NCBI RefSeq assembly: GCF_028368995.1
Contig: NZ_JAQNDL010000001.1
Coordinates: forward strand, 1,600,001-1,664,000
Reading direction: 5' to 3'
DNA: 64,000 bases
From: Nannocystis bainbridge
GTDB lineage: Bacteria; Myxococcota_A; Polyangia; Nannocystales; Nannocystaceae
The notes below the pieces were generated by a model. The model did no database searches. It worked only from the letters and a program-made list of their open reading frames with translations, and was not told where the DNA came from. This document shows, one piece after another, positions 40,709-50,590 of this stretch (position 1 is its first letter; every line of letters begins with the position of its first letter). Both the position numbers and the translations under genes were made by a program.

Positions 40709-41203
40709 ATGCCCGTCATCGCCGAACCCGACCGCCTGCCCGCCCTGCGCCGCCTCGGCCTGTCGCCGGCCCTGCTCCGCCTCGCGGCCGGTCAAGCGCC
40801 GCACCCGGCCCTGGCGCGCTGCCTGAGCGGTCCGCCCTTCTATCTCTACCGCGGCGCCCACTCGCCGCCTGGCTCGCCGCTGGTGCCGCTGTGGGATCTG
40901 CACGACCAGGCGCTCGCCGTACGCGCCGCGACCGACGCCCTGGAATTCCTGCGCTTCAGTATCGAGGCACCGGCGCACCCCGAACACCTGGCCCGCACCG
41001 AGGCTGGCTTCTGGGCCACCCAGTTCGACGCCCTGTACGAGCTGGACCTCGACCTCGACGCCCTGCACGCCGCCGCCCAGGCCGTCGGCTACCGCCACCT
41101 GGCGCTGCAACTGGGGGCCCGCGACGCGTACGAGCGGGAGGACGCCGCCCATCCCGCATGGCTCTCGGGCCTGGTCGCGCGCATCGACGCCCTGCAGGTC
41201 TGA
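40709..41203 (+). CDS. Hypothetical protein
   Basis: Clean ORF with strong GC3 bias. Confidence 0.65.
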   Translation: MPVIAEPDRLPALRRLGLSPALLRLAAGQAPHPALARCLSGPPFYLYRGAHSPPGSPLVPLWDLHDQALAVRAATDALEFLRFSIEAPAHPEHLARTEAGFWATQFDALYELDLDLDALHAAAQAVGYRHLALQLGARDAYEREDAAHPAWLSGLVARIDALQV

Positions 41204-41336
41204 GCCCGCGCCCGCGCCCCCGAATGCCACGACACCGCGGTCCATGGCAATGGCATGACTCTGTCGAGCGCGGCGGTACCTGCCGCGGAGCGCCAAGAAT
41301 CGGGCGCCCCGACTGCGACACCGCCGGCCAATGGCC

Positions 41337-42482
41337 TCACGCGCCGGCGACCTTGAGGCGGATCCGGTACACGCGGGCCTGGGCGGTGATGAACAGCGCC
41401 TTGCCGTCGGGGTCGCCGAACTTGCAGTTGGTCACCTGCTCCGGCACCTCGATCGTGCCGAGCAGCTGGCCCGCCGGCGTGACCACGCGGACGCCGCCGC
41501 CGCCGCTGACGAACAGGTCGCCGAAGCTGTCGACCGCCATGCCGTCGGGGTTGCCCGGCAGATCGCTCTGCAGGTCGATGAACACCTCGCCGCCCATCGC
41601 CTGGCCGTCGGGCTGGACCTCGAACACGCGCACGTGCTCGCCGTTGGTGTCGGCGACGTACAGCCGCGTCTCGTCGGGCGACAGGGCGATGCCGTTGGGG
41701 CGGTCGAAGTCGTCGGCGATCAGCGACAGCTGGCCCTGCGGGTCGACGCGGAACACGCCCTGGAAATCGAGCTCCTGCTGGTTGGGCTGGATGCCGTAGG
41801 GCGGGTCGGTGAAGTAGATCGTGCCGTCGGAGCGGACCGCGATGTCGTTGGGGCTGTTGAGGCTGTTGCCCTCGAACTCGCCGGCCACCGTCTCGGCGTT
41901 GGCCTCGCCGACGACCCGGCGCGACAGCCGACGCCCGCCGTGCTCCGCCGCCAGGAGCCGCCCCTCGAGGTCGAACGCGAGGCCGTTCGAGTTGCCGCTC
42001 GGGTTGATGAACGGCGCCGCCTGCTCGCCCTCGGCCCAGCGGAAGATCGTGTTGGCCGGGATGTCGCTGAACAGCAGGAAGCCCTCGGGGCTCCAGATCG
42101 GGCCCTCGGTGAACTGATGCCCGTCGGAGATCAGCTCGAGCTCGCCGTCGACGATGTCGTCGAGCGACATCGGCGGGTCGACGGCGCCGGTGGTGGTAGT
42201 CGTGGTCCCGTCGGTGGCAGGTTCGGTGCTCGCGTCGGTGGTCGTGCTCGTCGTCGTCGCGTCGGTGGTGGAGGTCGGGTCGCTCGTGCTCGTCGGCGCG
42301 ATCGAGGTCGACGCCTCGGTGGTGTCGGTGCCGACCGTGGTGCCGGTCGCGTCGGTGCTCGTGGCGTCGGTGCCGGTCCCGGTCGGATCGGTGCCGGTCC
42401 CGGTGTCCGTGGTGGTCTCGCCGGAGCCGCCGCCGCACGCGAGCGCGAGTGAAAACATCCAACCTGAGGCGCGCTTCATCAT
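41337..42482 (-). CDS. SMP-30/gluconolactonase-family lipoprotein
   Basis: SLALAC lipobox; Thr linker; FTEGPIW, SNGL, NSPND, PNGIALSPDE, PDGMAVD; GGAGG SD. Confidence 0.92.
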   Translation of the reverse strand: MMKRASGWMFSLALACGGGSGETTTDTGTGTDPTGTGTDATSTDATGTTVGTDTTEASTSIAPTSTSDPTSTTDATTTSTTTDASTEPATDGTTTTTTGAVDPPMSLDDIVDGELELISDGHQFTEGPIWSPEGFLLFSDIPANTIFRWAEGEQAAPFINPSGNSNGLAFDLEGRLLAAEHGGRRLSRRVVGEANAETVAGEFEGNSLNSPNDIAVRSDGTIYFTDPPYGIQPNQQELDFQGVFRVDPQGQLSLIADDFDRPNGIALSPDETRLYVADTNGEHVRVFEVQPDGQAMGGEVFIDLQSDLPGNPDGMAVDSFGDLFVSGGGGVRVVTPAGQLLGTIEVPEQVTNCKFGDPDGKALFITAQARVYRIRLKVAGA

Positions 42483-42841
42483 GCCTCCGGGGGTATCACG
42501 CCGACCGCACGAGCACCAGGCGCGTGGCGATCGCGCGACCCTCACGCGGCCCTCGCATCACCGCGAAGGCAGGCTGCTCGCGCGCATCGACATCGACGCC
42601 GTCCCGCTCGTCACGGCGCGCTCGTGCGCGATCGGGAGGGCCTTCGGGGGCCCGCCGATCCGCGGCTGGGTGACGATGACGACAACCTCGCGCGGGCGAG
42701 CCCGGTGGCGTGCGAGCGGCGCGTGCGATGCGTTCGCCGGGCTGCGCGGGCGAGCTCCACGGAGCGCGAATGCTTGCAGCGGCCACGCGCGTCCGTCGGC
42801 CATGGCCCGGCGAGCCGAGACCGCCGAGCGTACGACGATCG

Positions 42842-42921
42842 TGCCATGACTCATGGGACATGCCCTTTCGAGCATGTCCGATACGCCATGCTCGAGAGAG
42901 CATGCCCGTTTCGCCAGGTCC
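42842..42921. repeat. 14-bp-phased CATG array (5-6 units)
   Basis: Cores at 42845, 42859, 42873, 42887, 42901, (42915 cagg). Confidence 0.92.
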
Positions 42922-43048
42922 TGGGTTCGCCCTTCGCCGCGCCCGCGATCGGCGCGGCTGGCGGGCTCGCCGGGGCGCCGCTCGCCATTCGCCGGCCGGC
43001 GAACGACTTCTCGTTGTAATCCGCCGCGGGTGCGGCATCATCCCGCGG

Positions 43049-44878
43049 GTGTCCGACCCGCGCAGCGAGTACCAGCGCCGGCTCGCCGCGCGGCAGGCCG
43101 CGGTCGCCGTCGTCGACGGCCAGATCCGCCGGATCTCCGACTGGCGGCTCGGTGTCTTCCTCGGCTTCCTCGTGCTGCTCGGGTTCGGCCTCGCCGACCG
43201 GCCCGCGGTGCTGGCCGCCGCTCTCGCGCCGCTGCTGGGCTTCGTCGCCCTCGTCGTCGTCCACGAGGGCGCCTACCGCCGCCGCGCCCGCGCCCAGTTG
43301 GCCGTCGAGCACTACCTGCGGGCGCTCCGGCGCCTCGACGACGCGTGGCGCGGCGAGGGCGTGCAGCACCGCGAGTTCGTGCCGCCCGAGCACCCCTACG
43401 CCGCCGACCTCGACCTGTTCGGTCCCGGCTCGCTGTTCGCCCTGCTGTGCACCGCGCGCACGCGCGGCGGCGAGGCCACGCTGGCGCGCTGGCTGCTGCA
43501 GCCGGCCGGCGTCGACGAGGTCCTCGCGCGTCAGGAGGCCGTGCTGGCGCTGCGCGAGCGGCTCGACCTGCGCGAGGATCTGGCGCTGCTCGGCGGCGAC
43601 GTGCGGGCCGCGGTCGCGCCCGAGGCCCTGGTCGCCTGGGGCACCGCGCCGCCGCGCATCGACGCCGCGCGGTTCGGGCGGCTGCGCCTGCTGGCCATCG
43701 CGCTGGGGCTGGCGGCGATCGTCACCGCGGTGCTCGCGTTCGCCGGCGACCTCGGCTTCGTGCCGCTGCTGATCGTCGCCGTGCTCGAGGCGCTGGTGAT
43801 GCGCACGCTGAGGCCGAGCACCGGGGCGATCGTCACCGCGGTCGAGGGCCCGCGGCGCGACCTCGAGGTCATCGCGCAACTGCTCGCTCGCGTCGAGCGC
43901 GAGCCGACCACGGGCAGCCGGCGACTGACCGAGCTCGCGGCGGACCTGCGCACCGGCACGGCGGCGACGGAGCGCACCGGCGCCGTCACGGCCTCGACGG
44001 CGATCGCCGGGCTGGCGCGCGCGGTCGACTGGCTCGAGGCGCGCAAGAGCGGCCTGTTCGCGCCGATCGCCTTCTTGTTGATGTGGGAGCTGCACGGGGC
44101 GCTGACGGTCGAGCGCTGGCGTCAGACCCATGGCCCGGCGATCGCACGCTGGCTGGCCGCGCTCGGTCAGCTCGAGGCGCTGGCGTCGCTGGCGACCTAC
44201 GCGTACGAGCGCCCGGGCGACCCGATGCCGACGGTGACGGGCGAAGGCCCGCGCGTCGAGGGCGAGGCGCTGCGCCACCCGCTGCTGCGCGCCTCGGTGC
44301 CCAACTCGGTGACGCTCGGCTCGCCGCTGCGCGTGCTGATGGTCAGCGGCTCGAACATGTCGGGCAAGAGCACGCTGATGCGCACGCTCGGGGTCAACGT
44401 GGTGCTGGCGCTGGCCGGCGCGCCGGTGTCGGCCCGGTCGATGACGCTGAGCCCGCTGCAGATCGGCGCGACCCTGCGGATCGAGGACTCGCTGCAGAAC
44501 GCGAGCTCGCGCTTTTACAGCGAGCTGCGACGCTTGCTGCAGCTGCGCGACCTGGCCCGCGCGGGCGACCCACCGCTGCTGTTCCTGCTCGACGAGATCT
44601 TCCACGGCACCAACTCGCACGACCGCAAGATCGGCGCCGAGGCGGTGCTGCGCGCGCTGGTCGAGGAGGGTGCGATCGGTCTGTGCACGACCCACGACCT
44701 GGCCCTCGCCGAGGCGATCGCCGACCTCGGCGAGCGCGCCCGCAACGTGCACTTCGCCGACGAGGTGGTCGAGGGCAAGCTGGTCTTCGATTACACGATG
44801 CGCCCGGGCCTGGTCGGCCGCAGCAACGCGATCGCGCTGATGCGCGCGATCGGGCTGCTGCCGGCGAGCGAGGCGTGA
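43049..44878 (+). CDS. MutS-related ATPase (domain V) with N-terminal TM helices
   Basis: LRHPLL, SGSNMSGKST, SRFYSEL, LLDEIFHGTNS, TTHDL; GTG start. Confidence 0.9.
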   Translation: MSDPRSEYQRRLAARQAAVAVVDGQIRRISDWRLGVFLGFLVLLGFGLADRPAVLAAALAPLLGFVALVVVHEGAYRRRARAQLAVEHYLRALRRLDDAWRGEGVQHREFVPPEHPYAADLDLFGPGSLFALLCTARTRGGEATLARWLLQPAGVDEVLARQEAVLALRERLDLREDLALLGGDVRAAVAPEALVAWGTAPPRIDAARFGRLRLLAIALGLAAIVTAVLAFAGDLGFVPLLIVAVLEALVMRTLRPSTGAIVTAVEGPRRDLEVIAQLLARVEREPTTGSRRLTELAADLRTGTAATERTGAVTASTAIAGLARAVDWLEARKSGLFAPIAFLLMWELHGALTVERWRQTHGPAIARWLAALGQLEALASLATYAYERPGDPMPTVTGEGPRVEGEALRHPLLRASVPNSVTLGSPLRVLMVSGSNMSGKSTLMRTLGVNVVLALAGAPVSARSMTLSPLQIGATLRIEDSLQNASSRFYSELRRLLQLRDLARAGDPPLLFLLDEIFHGTNSHDRKIGAEAVLRALVEEGAIGLCTTHDLALAEAIADLGERARNVHFADEVVEGKLVFDYTMRPGLVGRSNAIALMRAIGLLPASEA

Positions 44879-44883
44879 ACGAA

Positions 44884-44907
44884 GAAGATGACCGATCGGA
44901 CATGTGC
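44884..44907. repeat. Degenerate 14-bp-phased pair after the MutS-like stop
   Basis: gatg at 44887, catg at 44901. Confidence 0.45.
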
Positions 44908-44946
44908 GAACGAGCTCCAGCCCGAGGAACCGGGTAAGCTGCGGAC

Positions 44947-45678
44947 ATGCCTTGTCTTCGCGCGAATTTCTTACTCCTGAGCCTCCTGCTGGCCGCCTGC
45001 GGCGAAAAGGGCGGCGAGACCGAAAGCGTCGGCGGCAGCTCGACCACCACCGAACCGCCCGGCACCGGCAGCACCCTCGGCGAGAGCTCGACCACCGACG
45101 CGCCCACCACCGGTGAGCCGGCAGCTTGCGTCGATCCCTCGCTCGTCGAATTCGGCCCCGCCGTGCAGATCACGCTGCACAACGCCGGCGCGACCCGCCT
45201 GTTCGTCAACCTCCAGGAGGAATGCACCCGCGTCCTCCCGATCGAGCTGCGCGACGCCGACGACGTCGCGGTCGACGTCAACCGGAGCGACTGCGAATTC
45301 AGCTGCGAGACCGCGCTGGCCGGCAACTGCGGCTGCCCGGCCGGCTGCGGGCTCGGCAGCGTCATCCAGCTCGAGCCCGGCGGCACCTGGCCGCTGCAGT
45401 GGAGCGGCCAGCGCTGGGTCGAGGCCGAGCTGCCGGCCGAGTGCCCCGCGGAAGACTGCTCACCGAGCTGCCTCGCCGCCGATCAGGCCCCCGACGGCGC
45501 CTACACCGTGAGCGCGCGCGCCTTCGACACGGCCACCGAGTGCGACACGTGCACCTGCGAACCTGGCCCCGAGGGCAGCTGCGAGCTCATGTTCGCGTTC
45601 GCCAGCGGCGCCGAGGCCCTCGCCACCGCCGCGCTCGACTACCCGGCCCAGACCGCCGTCGAGCTGGTGTTCGAGTGA
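44947..45678 (+). CDS. Cys-rich lipoprotein
   Basis: LLLAAC lipobox; Ser/Thr linker; many Cys. Confidence 0.82.
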   Translation: MPCLRANFLLLSLLLAACGEKGGETESVGGSSTTTEPPGTGSTLGESSTTDAPTTGEPAACVDPSLVEFGPAVQITLHNAGATRLFVNLQEECTRVLPIELRDADDVAVDVNRSDCEFSCETALAGNCGCPAGCGLGSVIQLEPGGTWPLQWSGQRWVEAELPAECPAEDCSPSCLAADQAPDGAYTVSARAFDTATECDTCTCEPGPEGSCELMFAFASGAEALATAALDYPAQTAVELVFE

Positions 45679-45688
45679 TTCGCGGGCG

Positions 45689-46561
45689 TCAGCGATCGAA
45701 GTAGGCTGCGCTTTCGAGATCGGCGAGCAGGCCCTGCTCGGTCGGCTGCCAGCCCAGCAGCTTCTGCGTCGCCTCGCTCGCGGTCGGGGCGTCGCGCGCG
45801 AACATGGGGCCGATCCATCCGAAATGCTCGACCGGCATCGCCTTCACCGGCAGGCCCAGGCGCTTGCCGATGACCGCCGCGATCTCTCGCGTCGGGACCC
45901 CGACCTCGGCGACCGCGTGCACCCGCGTCCCCGCCGGCGCCTTCTCGACCGCGAGCCGGAACGCTCGCGCCGCGTCGAGCCGATGGACCGCGGGCCAGCG
46001 GTTGGCGCCGTCGCCCACGAAGCCCGCCACGCCCGTCTCGCGCGCGACGCGGATCAGCTCGGGCACGAAGCCGTGATCGCCGGCGCCGTGCACCGTCGGC
46101 GGCAGGCGCACGATCGACACCCGCACGTCGCGGGCCCCGAACGGCAGCGCCGCGGCCTCCGAGCGGCGGGGAAACGCCGAGCCGTCCGGCATGTCCTCGG
46201 TGGCGACCACGCCCCCCGCCGCGCCCAGCACCCCCGACGTCACCACCAGCGGCCGGCCCGAGCCCGCCAGCGCCTCGCCGAGCGCCTCGATCGCCCGCAC
46301 GTCGACCGCGACCGACGCCGCGTAGCGGGTGAAGTCGTGGATGAACGCCAGGTGAATGACGCCGTCGGCGTCCGCGGCCGCGCGCGCCAGGCTCTCGTGG
46401 TCCTCGAGCGCGCCGCGATGCGGCCGCGCGCCGGCCTCGGTGATCGCCTTCGCGGCGGCTTCGGAGCGCGCGAGGCCGATCACCGCGTGACCGGCCCCGA
46501 TCAGTTCATTGACGACGGCGCTGCCGACGAAGCCGGAGGCGCCCGTGACGAAGATCTTCAT
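45689..46561 (-). CDS. NAD-dependent epimerase/dehydratase (atypical SDR)
   Basis: MKIFVTGASGFVG, IHLAFIHDF, VRLPPTVHG, WPAVHRLDAA. Confidence 0.93.
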   Translation of the reverse strand: MKIFVTGASGFVGSAVVNELIGAGHAVIGLARSEAAAKAITEAGARPHRGALEDHESLARAAADADGVIHLAFIHDFTRYAASVAVDVRAIEALGEALAGSGRPLVVTSGVLGAAGGVVATEDMPDGSAFPRRSEAAALPFGARDVRVSIVRLPPTVHGAGDHGFVPELIRVARETGVAGFVGDGANRWPAVHRLDAARAFRLAVEKAPAGTRVHAVAEVGVPTREIAAVIGKRLGLPVKAMPVEHFGWIGPMFARDAPTASEATQKLLGWQPTEQGLLADLESAAYFDR

Positions 46562-46571
46562 GCCTGGCAAG

Positions 46572-47345
46572 CTACCGACCGGCGACCGCCGCGGCTTGGC
46601 GGTTCTTGGCGGAAAACTGGCCCGGCGTCATGCCGACGATCCGACGAAAGTGCCGATTGAGCTGGCTCTGATCGTAGAGCCCCACCTGCGGCGCGATGTC
46701 TTTCGGCTTCGCGCCGGCCGCCAGCAGCTGCTTGGCTCGCGCGATCCGCAGCTGCGTCAGGTAAGCGTGCGGCGGCATCCCGACCTGGGCCCGGAACGCC
46801 CGGCACAGGTGAAACTTGTCGAGGCCGGCATACTCCGCCAGCTCGTCCAGCGTCACGGCCTCGCTCGCGCGCTCGCGCAGCAGCCCCAACGCGCGCCGCA
46901 CCGGCCGCGTCGGCTCGAACCGCGACTCCTCGATCGCCCGCATCGCGTCGATCGCCTCGGCCAGCGCACACTCGAGCGTGAAGCGATCGGCGCCTGCCGC
47001 CACGGCGTCGTGGAGCCGCTGAAACGGCAGCCCGCGCCGATCATCCACCGCCAGGCACGACTGCACCGCCAGCGCCTCGATGTGCGGCGTCGAGAAGCCG
47101 ATGAGTTGATACGTCACCGGCCCGTCGCGCTTGAGGTCGCGGTGCACGTCGCCGGGCGCGAACACGACGACCGAGCCGGGGGCGCCTCGCCACGCGCGGC
47201 CATGCGCCCAGAACTCCGAGCGGCCGGCCTCGAACCTGCTGATCATGAAGGTCTCCTTCATGCCCACGAACGGCGCGTCGTTGGCCACCCGCGTCGCTCG
47301 CAGCCCCGGCAATGATACGGAGACAGGCTCGGCCCGCGACGCCAT
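46572..47345 (-). CDS. AraC-family transcriptional regulator
   Basis: LDELAEYAGLDKFHLCRAFR...GLYDQSQLNRHFRRIVGMTPGQF. Confidence 0.93.
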   Translation of the reverse strand: MASRAEPVSVSLPGLRATRVANDAPFVGMKETFMISRFEAGRSEFWAHGRAWRGAPGSVVVFAPGDVHRDLKRDGPVTYQLIGFSTPHIEALAVQSCLAVDDRRGLPFQRLHDAVAAGADRFTLECALAEAIDAMRAIEESRFEPTRPVRRALGLLRERASEAVTLDELAEYAGLDKFHLCRAFRAQVGMPPHAYLTQLRIARAKQLLAAGAKPKDIAPQVGLYDQSQLNRHFRRIVGMTPGQFSAKNRQAAAVAGR

Positions 47346-47456
47346 GCCCCGAGCATAGCCTGGACCCCGCCCCGGCCTTGGGCATTCTTGGCGGTTCTTC
47401 GTCCTGCAGCCCCGCCGTGCGAGCCGCGGGTCCGCGGATGCGGTCGCGGGCGGCGC

Positions 47457-48071
47457 TCACTCGAGCTTGACCGAGCCGCAGATCTTCTCGGCCCACGCGC
47501 GCGTGGCCGCGAAGCTCGGGATCGGCTTGTCGTCCGGCCTGCCCGTGCCGGTGCGCTGGATCACCGTGCAGCGCACCGCCTTGTCGCCCGCGCGATGGAT
47601 CGCCTCGACCTTGAAGAACTGGCCGTCGCTGCGCTCGGACACGCCGATCATGCCGCCGTCCGGCAGCTCCTCCTTGCGGGCCACCACCAGCGGCGGCTTG
47701 TCGTTGCCGGGCGAGACCAGGCTGCGGGCGAACGCCTCGAGGTCGCGCGGCAGCATCATCGGCTCGACGACCTTGGCGGTGATCGAGGGCTCGATGAAGG
47801 GGTTACCGTCGGCGAAGGTCCAGTTGACGTACTTGTCGCGGTCGTTCACGTCGCGCTTGAGGTCGGCCGGGAGGTCGATGCTGAACGCCACGCCGGCCAT
47901 CGTCTCCTTGGTGGTGGTGAGCGCGGCCTGGCTGCGGTCCTTGGGCTGCGGCTTCTCCGAGTCGGCGGGCTTGGCCGCCGGCTTGTCGGCGGGCTTGTCG
48001 GCGGCCGGCGGAGAGCCGCCGTCGCAGGCGACCAGCAGGGCGAACGAACAGAGGGTGAGGAGTCGAAGCAT
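47457..48071 (-). CDS. Lipoprotein, hypothetical
   Basis: FALLVAC lipobox; ADKP linker. Confidence 0.8.
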   Translation of the reverse strand: MLRLLTLCSFALLVACDGGSPPAADKPADKPAAKPADSEKPQPKDRSQAALTTTKETMAGVAFSIDLPADLKRDVNDRDKYVNWTFADGNPFIEPSITAKVVEPMMLPRDLEAFARSLVSPGNDKPPLVVARKEELPDGGMIGVSERSDGQFFKVEAIHRAGDKAVRCTVIQRTGTGRPDDKPIPSFAATRAWAEKICGSVKLE

Positions 48072-48277
48072 GGCGCGCAGGATGGCACGCGGCCGCGGCG
48101 TCGTGATGCCGAAGCGCGCCGGAGGCCGCCGGGACCTGTCCCGTGCGCCAGGCGTGAAACGTGCCTCGATCGGGCCCCGATCGGGCCTCGCGTGCAGCGC
48201 GGCCCGGGGTTCGCAATCATGCAATCATGACTCGCATGGATGCGAGGATTCCGGGGGCGCGAGGGCCGGCCCCGCGA

Positions 48278-48913
48278 TCACGAGACGAGGACGTCGTACG
48301 TGAGGGTCACGCTCGCGGCGCTGCGCTCGATCTCGAGGGCATAGTCCGTCTCCCCGACGACGTACCACAGGGCGATGATCGCCAGCCACACCTCGTATTC
48401 GCTCCCCAGCGAGTACCCGTTCAGCGCGACCATCACGTCACCGTTGCGCAGGCCCAGCTCGTAGAGGGTGTCGCCGGCGGCCGCGTTGGCGACCTGGAAC
48501 CCGACCGTGCTGCTGTAGGTGAAGACCGCGGAGTCGCACTCCCACAGCGGCGTCGGGTCGAGCATCAGCTCGGAGACCAGGCCCGCGTCGACCTCGTGGA
48601 CCGAGCTGACCACGGTGATGTCGTCGGCCGGATCCCAGCGCTCGCAGTAGCTGGGCCCGCTGGTGGGCCCAGGACAGTAGACGGCCTCGGCATCCCAGTC
48701 ATGAGACCCGATACAGGCGCCGGCACACCCGCCCGGGTCGCACGGCGTCGGATTGTCGGCCTGCGAGCTGTCGTCGCAGTCGCAGACGGGGTAGGCGTAC
48801 GTACCGATCTCGCACTGGTTGCAAGCTTCGGGGTGCCAGCCTCCGAGGCCGCAGCCGGTGGTCAGGGTGACGAGCATGGAGAACGAAGCGGTGATGAACG
48901 ATGGAACACGCAT
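48278..48913 (-). CDS. Lipoprotein with Cys-rich region and GspC-like PDZ domain
   Basis: LTTGC lipobox; LYELGLRNGDVMVALNG...LEIER. Confidence 0.7.
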   Translation of the reverse strand: MRVPSFITASFSMLVTLTTGCGLGGWHPEACNQCEIGTYAYPVCDCDDSSQADNPTPCDPGGCAGACIGSHDWDAEAVYCPGPTSGPSYCERWDPADDITVVSSVHEVDAGLVSELMLDPTPLWECDSAVFTYSSTVGFQVANAAAGDTLYELGLRNGDVMVALNGYSLGSEYEVWLAIIALWYVVGETDYALEIERSAASVTLTYDVLVS

Positions 48914-49138
48914 GATGGCTGTCCCTGCAGCAATCAGCGTGCCCGCGATTTCTTCAGTGTTCTTCCGCGGCGCCCCGATGCGTCCCTGCCCTCGCCGCAT
49001 GGGACATAGCGTCATGCCCCATGCGGCACCCGGCGGCGGAGGGTGACGATGGCCCGGCGCCTTCACGCCGTCCGCAAGCGCGCCCACGCGCCGGCCTTGC
49101 CGTCCCCGTCGCGATTCGCATACACGTGTTCCGGCTGC

Positions 49139-50536
49139 ATGATCCTCGAGCTCCCCGACCTGACGCTCACGCGGCCTCCAGCGAGCTCGAGCCCCTCGAC
49201 CGCGCCGTGCTCGATCTCCGCTGCCCCGCCGTGCGTGCCCACCTCGGCCCGGCTACCCGCGGCGCTGGGCCTGCTCGCGGCGCTCGTCTCCGGCTGCGCC
49301 AGCGCGCGCTTCGAGGCGGCGCACCGCGCCTGTGACCCGGCTGCCGAGGCCGACCGGGCCGACGCGCTCGGCTACGCCGGCCCGCCCGACGACAGCGAAT
49401 TGCGTGACCGGGCCGCGCGCAACCACGCCGCCGCCCCCCCGTGGGTCGTCGGCCAGTCGCGCGTCTATCCGCTCGATCCGTCGTTCCGCTACGAGGCGCT
49501 GTGGCCCGCCAGCGCCGGCGCCAGCACCCCGCTGCTGTGCCGGCTGACCTACGACGCTGGTCGTCGGCGCGGCCTGTTCGCCGCCGATCCGCTGACCGCG
49601 GTCGAGCTCACGACGGTCTACGAGGTCCCCGGCAAGACGCCGCCGCAGCGGGTGCTCGGGCCGGACGGCGTGCCGCAGATGTTCGTGCTCGACAGCGTGA
49701 CCGAGTTCGCGCCGGGTGACGCGCTGCGGATGGCGGTGGTCGATCGTGACGTGCAGTGGGGCGGCAGCTCGGCCACCGACGATCCGCTCATCACATTCAC
49801 CCTGCCGTACCGTTCGGGGGCCGCGCTCACCGGCACCAGCGGGACGATGTGGCGCGGCACCGTCGATGTCCGCTGCGAACACCTCGACGCCCTCGCGGCC
49901 CAGTCGGCCTACGTCGACGCGCTGATGCAGCTCGACGCGCGCCTGCAGCGGTGGGCGCCGCGGCTCGATCCCGACGACTGGGACTTCGGCCTCGCGGGCA
50001 GCGGCATGACGGACCTGCGCGCGGCGCTGGAGCGGGCGGCGTCGCTGCGCGGCTGGGACGCCCCGGAGGTGCGCGAGCGGACCGGCCGCTTGCTGGGTGC
50101 GCAGCTCTGCTTCGAGCGGGCCGCCGCGCCCGAGGTCGCGCGCCGGGCCCGCCGCTCCCACGCCGGCCGCCTCGGCGAGCTGCAGCTCGCCGCCACCGAC
50201 TATCGCTGCGAGGCCGCGTCGAGCGCCCAAACCGCGTGTCGGCTCACCGTCGACATCGCCAATCCTACGAGCAATTCGCAGCTGATCCCCGCGTATCCAC
50301 GCCTGGTGCTCGCCGGGGGCCGCGAGGTCGGGCTGCTCGTCGAGCGAGTCACGATCGCCGGACGCGAGGTCCGGGAGCTGGCGGCGAGCAGCACCGCCAC
50401 GGTGATCTACCGGCTCGATGTCCCGCTGCGCGCCGATCGGGCGCTCGCCCGCCCGCTGCTGCTGCGCGAGCGCAGGCGCCAGTTGTTCTCCGCGAGCTAT
50501 CGCGTCGAAGATGTGCCGCTGCGACTCGCGGATTGA
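49139..50536 (+). CDS. Hypothetical lipoprotein
   Basis: LLAALVSGC lipobox; start uncertain (49043-49235). Confidence 0.65.
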   Translation: MILELPDLTLTRPPASSSPSTAPCSISAAPPCVPTSARLPAALGLLAALVSGCASARFEAAHRACDPAAEADRADALGYAGPPDDSELRDRAARNHAAAPPWVVGQSRVYPLDPSFRYEALWPASAGASTPLLCRLTYDAGRRRGLFAADPLTAVELTTVYEVPGKTPPQRVLGPDGVPQMFVLDSVTEFAPGDALRMAVVDRDVQWGGSSATDDPLITFTLPYRSGAALTGTSGTMWRGTVDVRCEHLDALAAQSAYVDALMQLDARLQRWAPRLDPDDWDFGLAGSGMTDLRAALERAASLRGWDAPEVRERTGRLLGAQLCFERAAAPEVARRARRSHAGRLGELQLAATDYRCEAASSAQTACRLTVDIANPTSNSQLIPAYPRLVLAGGREVGLLVERVTIAGREVRELAASSTATVIYRLDVPLRADRALARPLLLRERRRQLFSASYRVEDVPLRLAD

Positions 50537-50590
50537 GCCGCGGCTCGACGACACCTGCAGCGCGTCGTCGAGCCGCCCGCCGGATTGCGC

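Noticed and set aside
43049-44878. Mismatch-repair mutS
   Set aside because: Lacks mismatch-binding domains and has TM helices; it belongs to a known MutS-related subfamily, so no symbol was given.
48205-48250. CATG clusters near 48218-48235 and 48998-49020
   Set aside because: Spacing is not 14 bp; these are simple local inverted repeats and were not counted in the array family.
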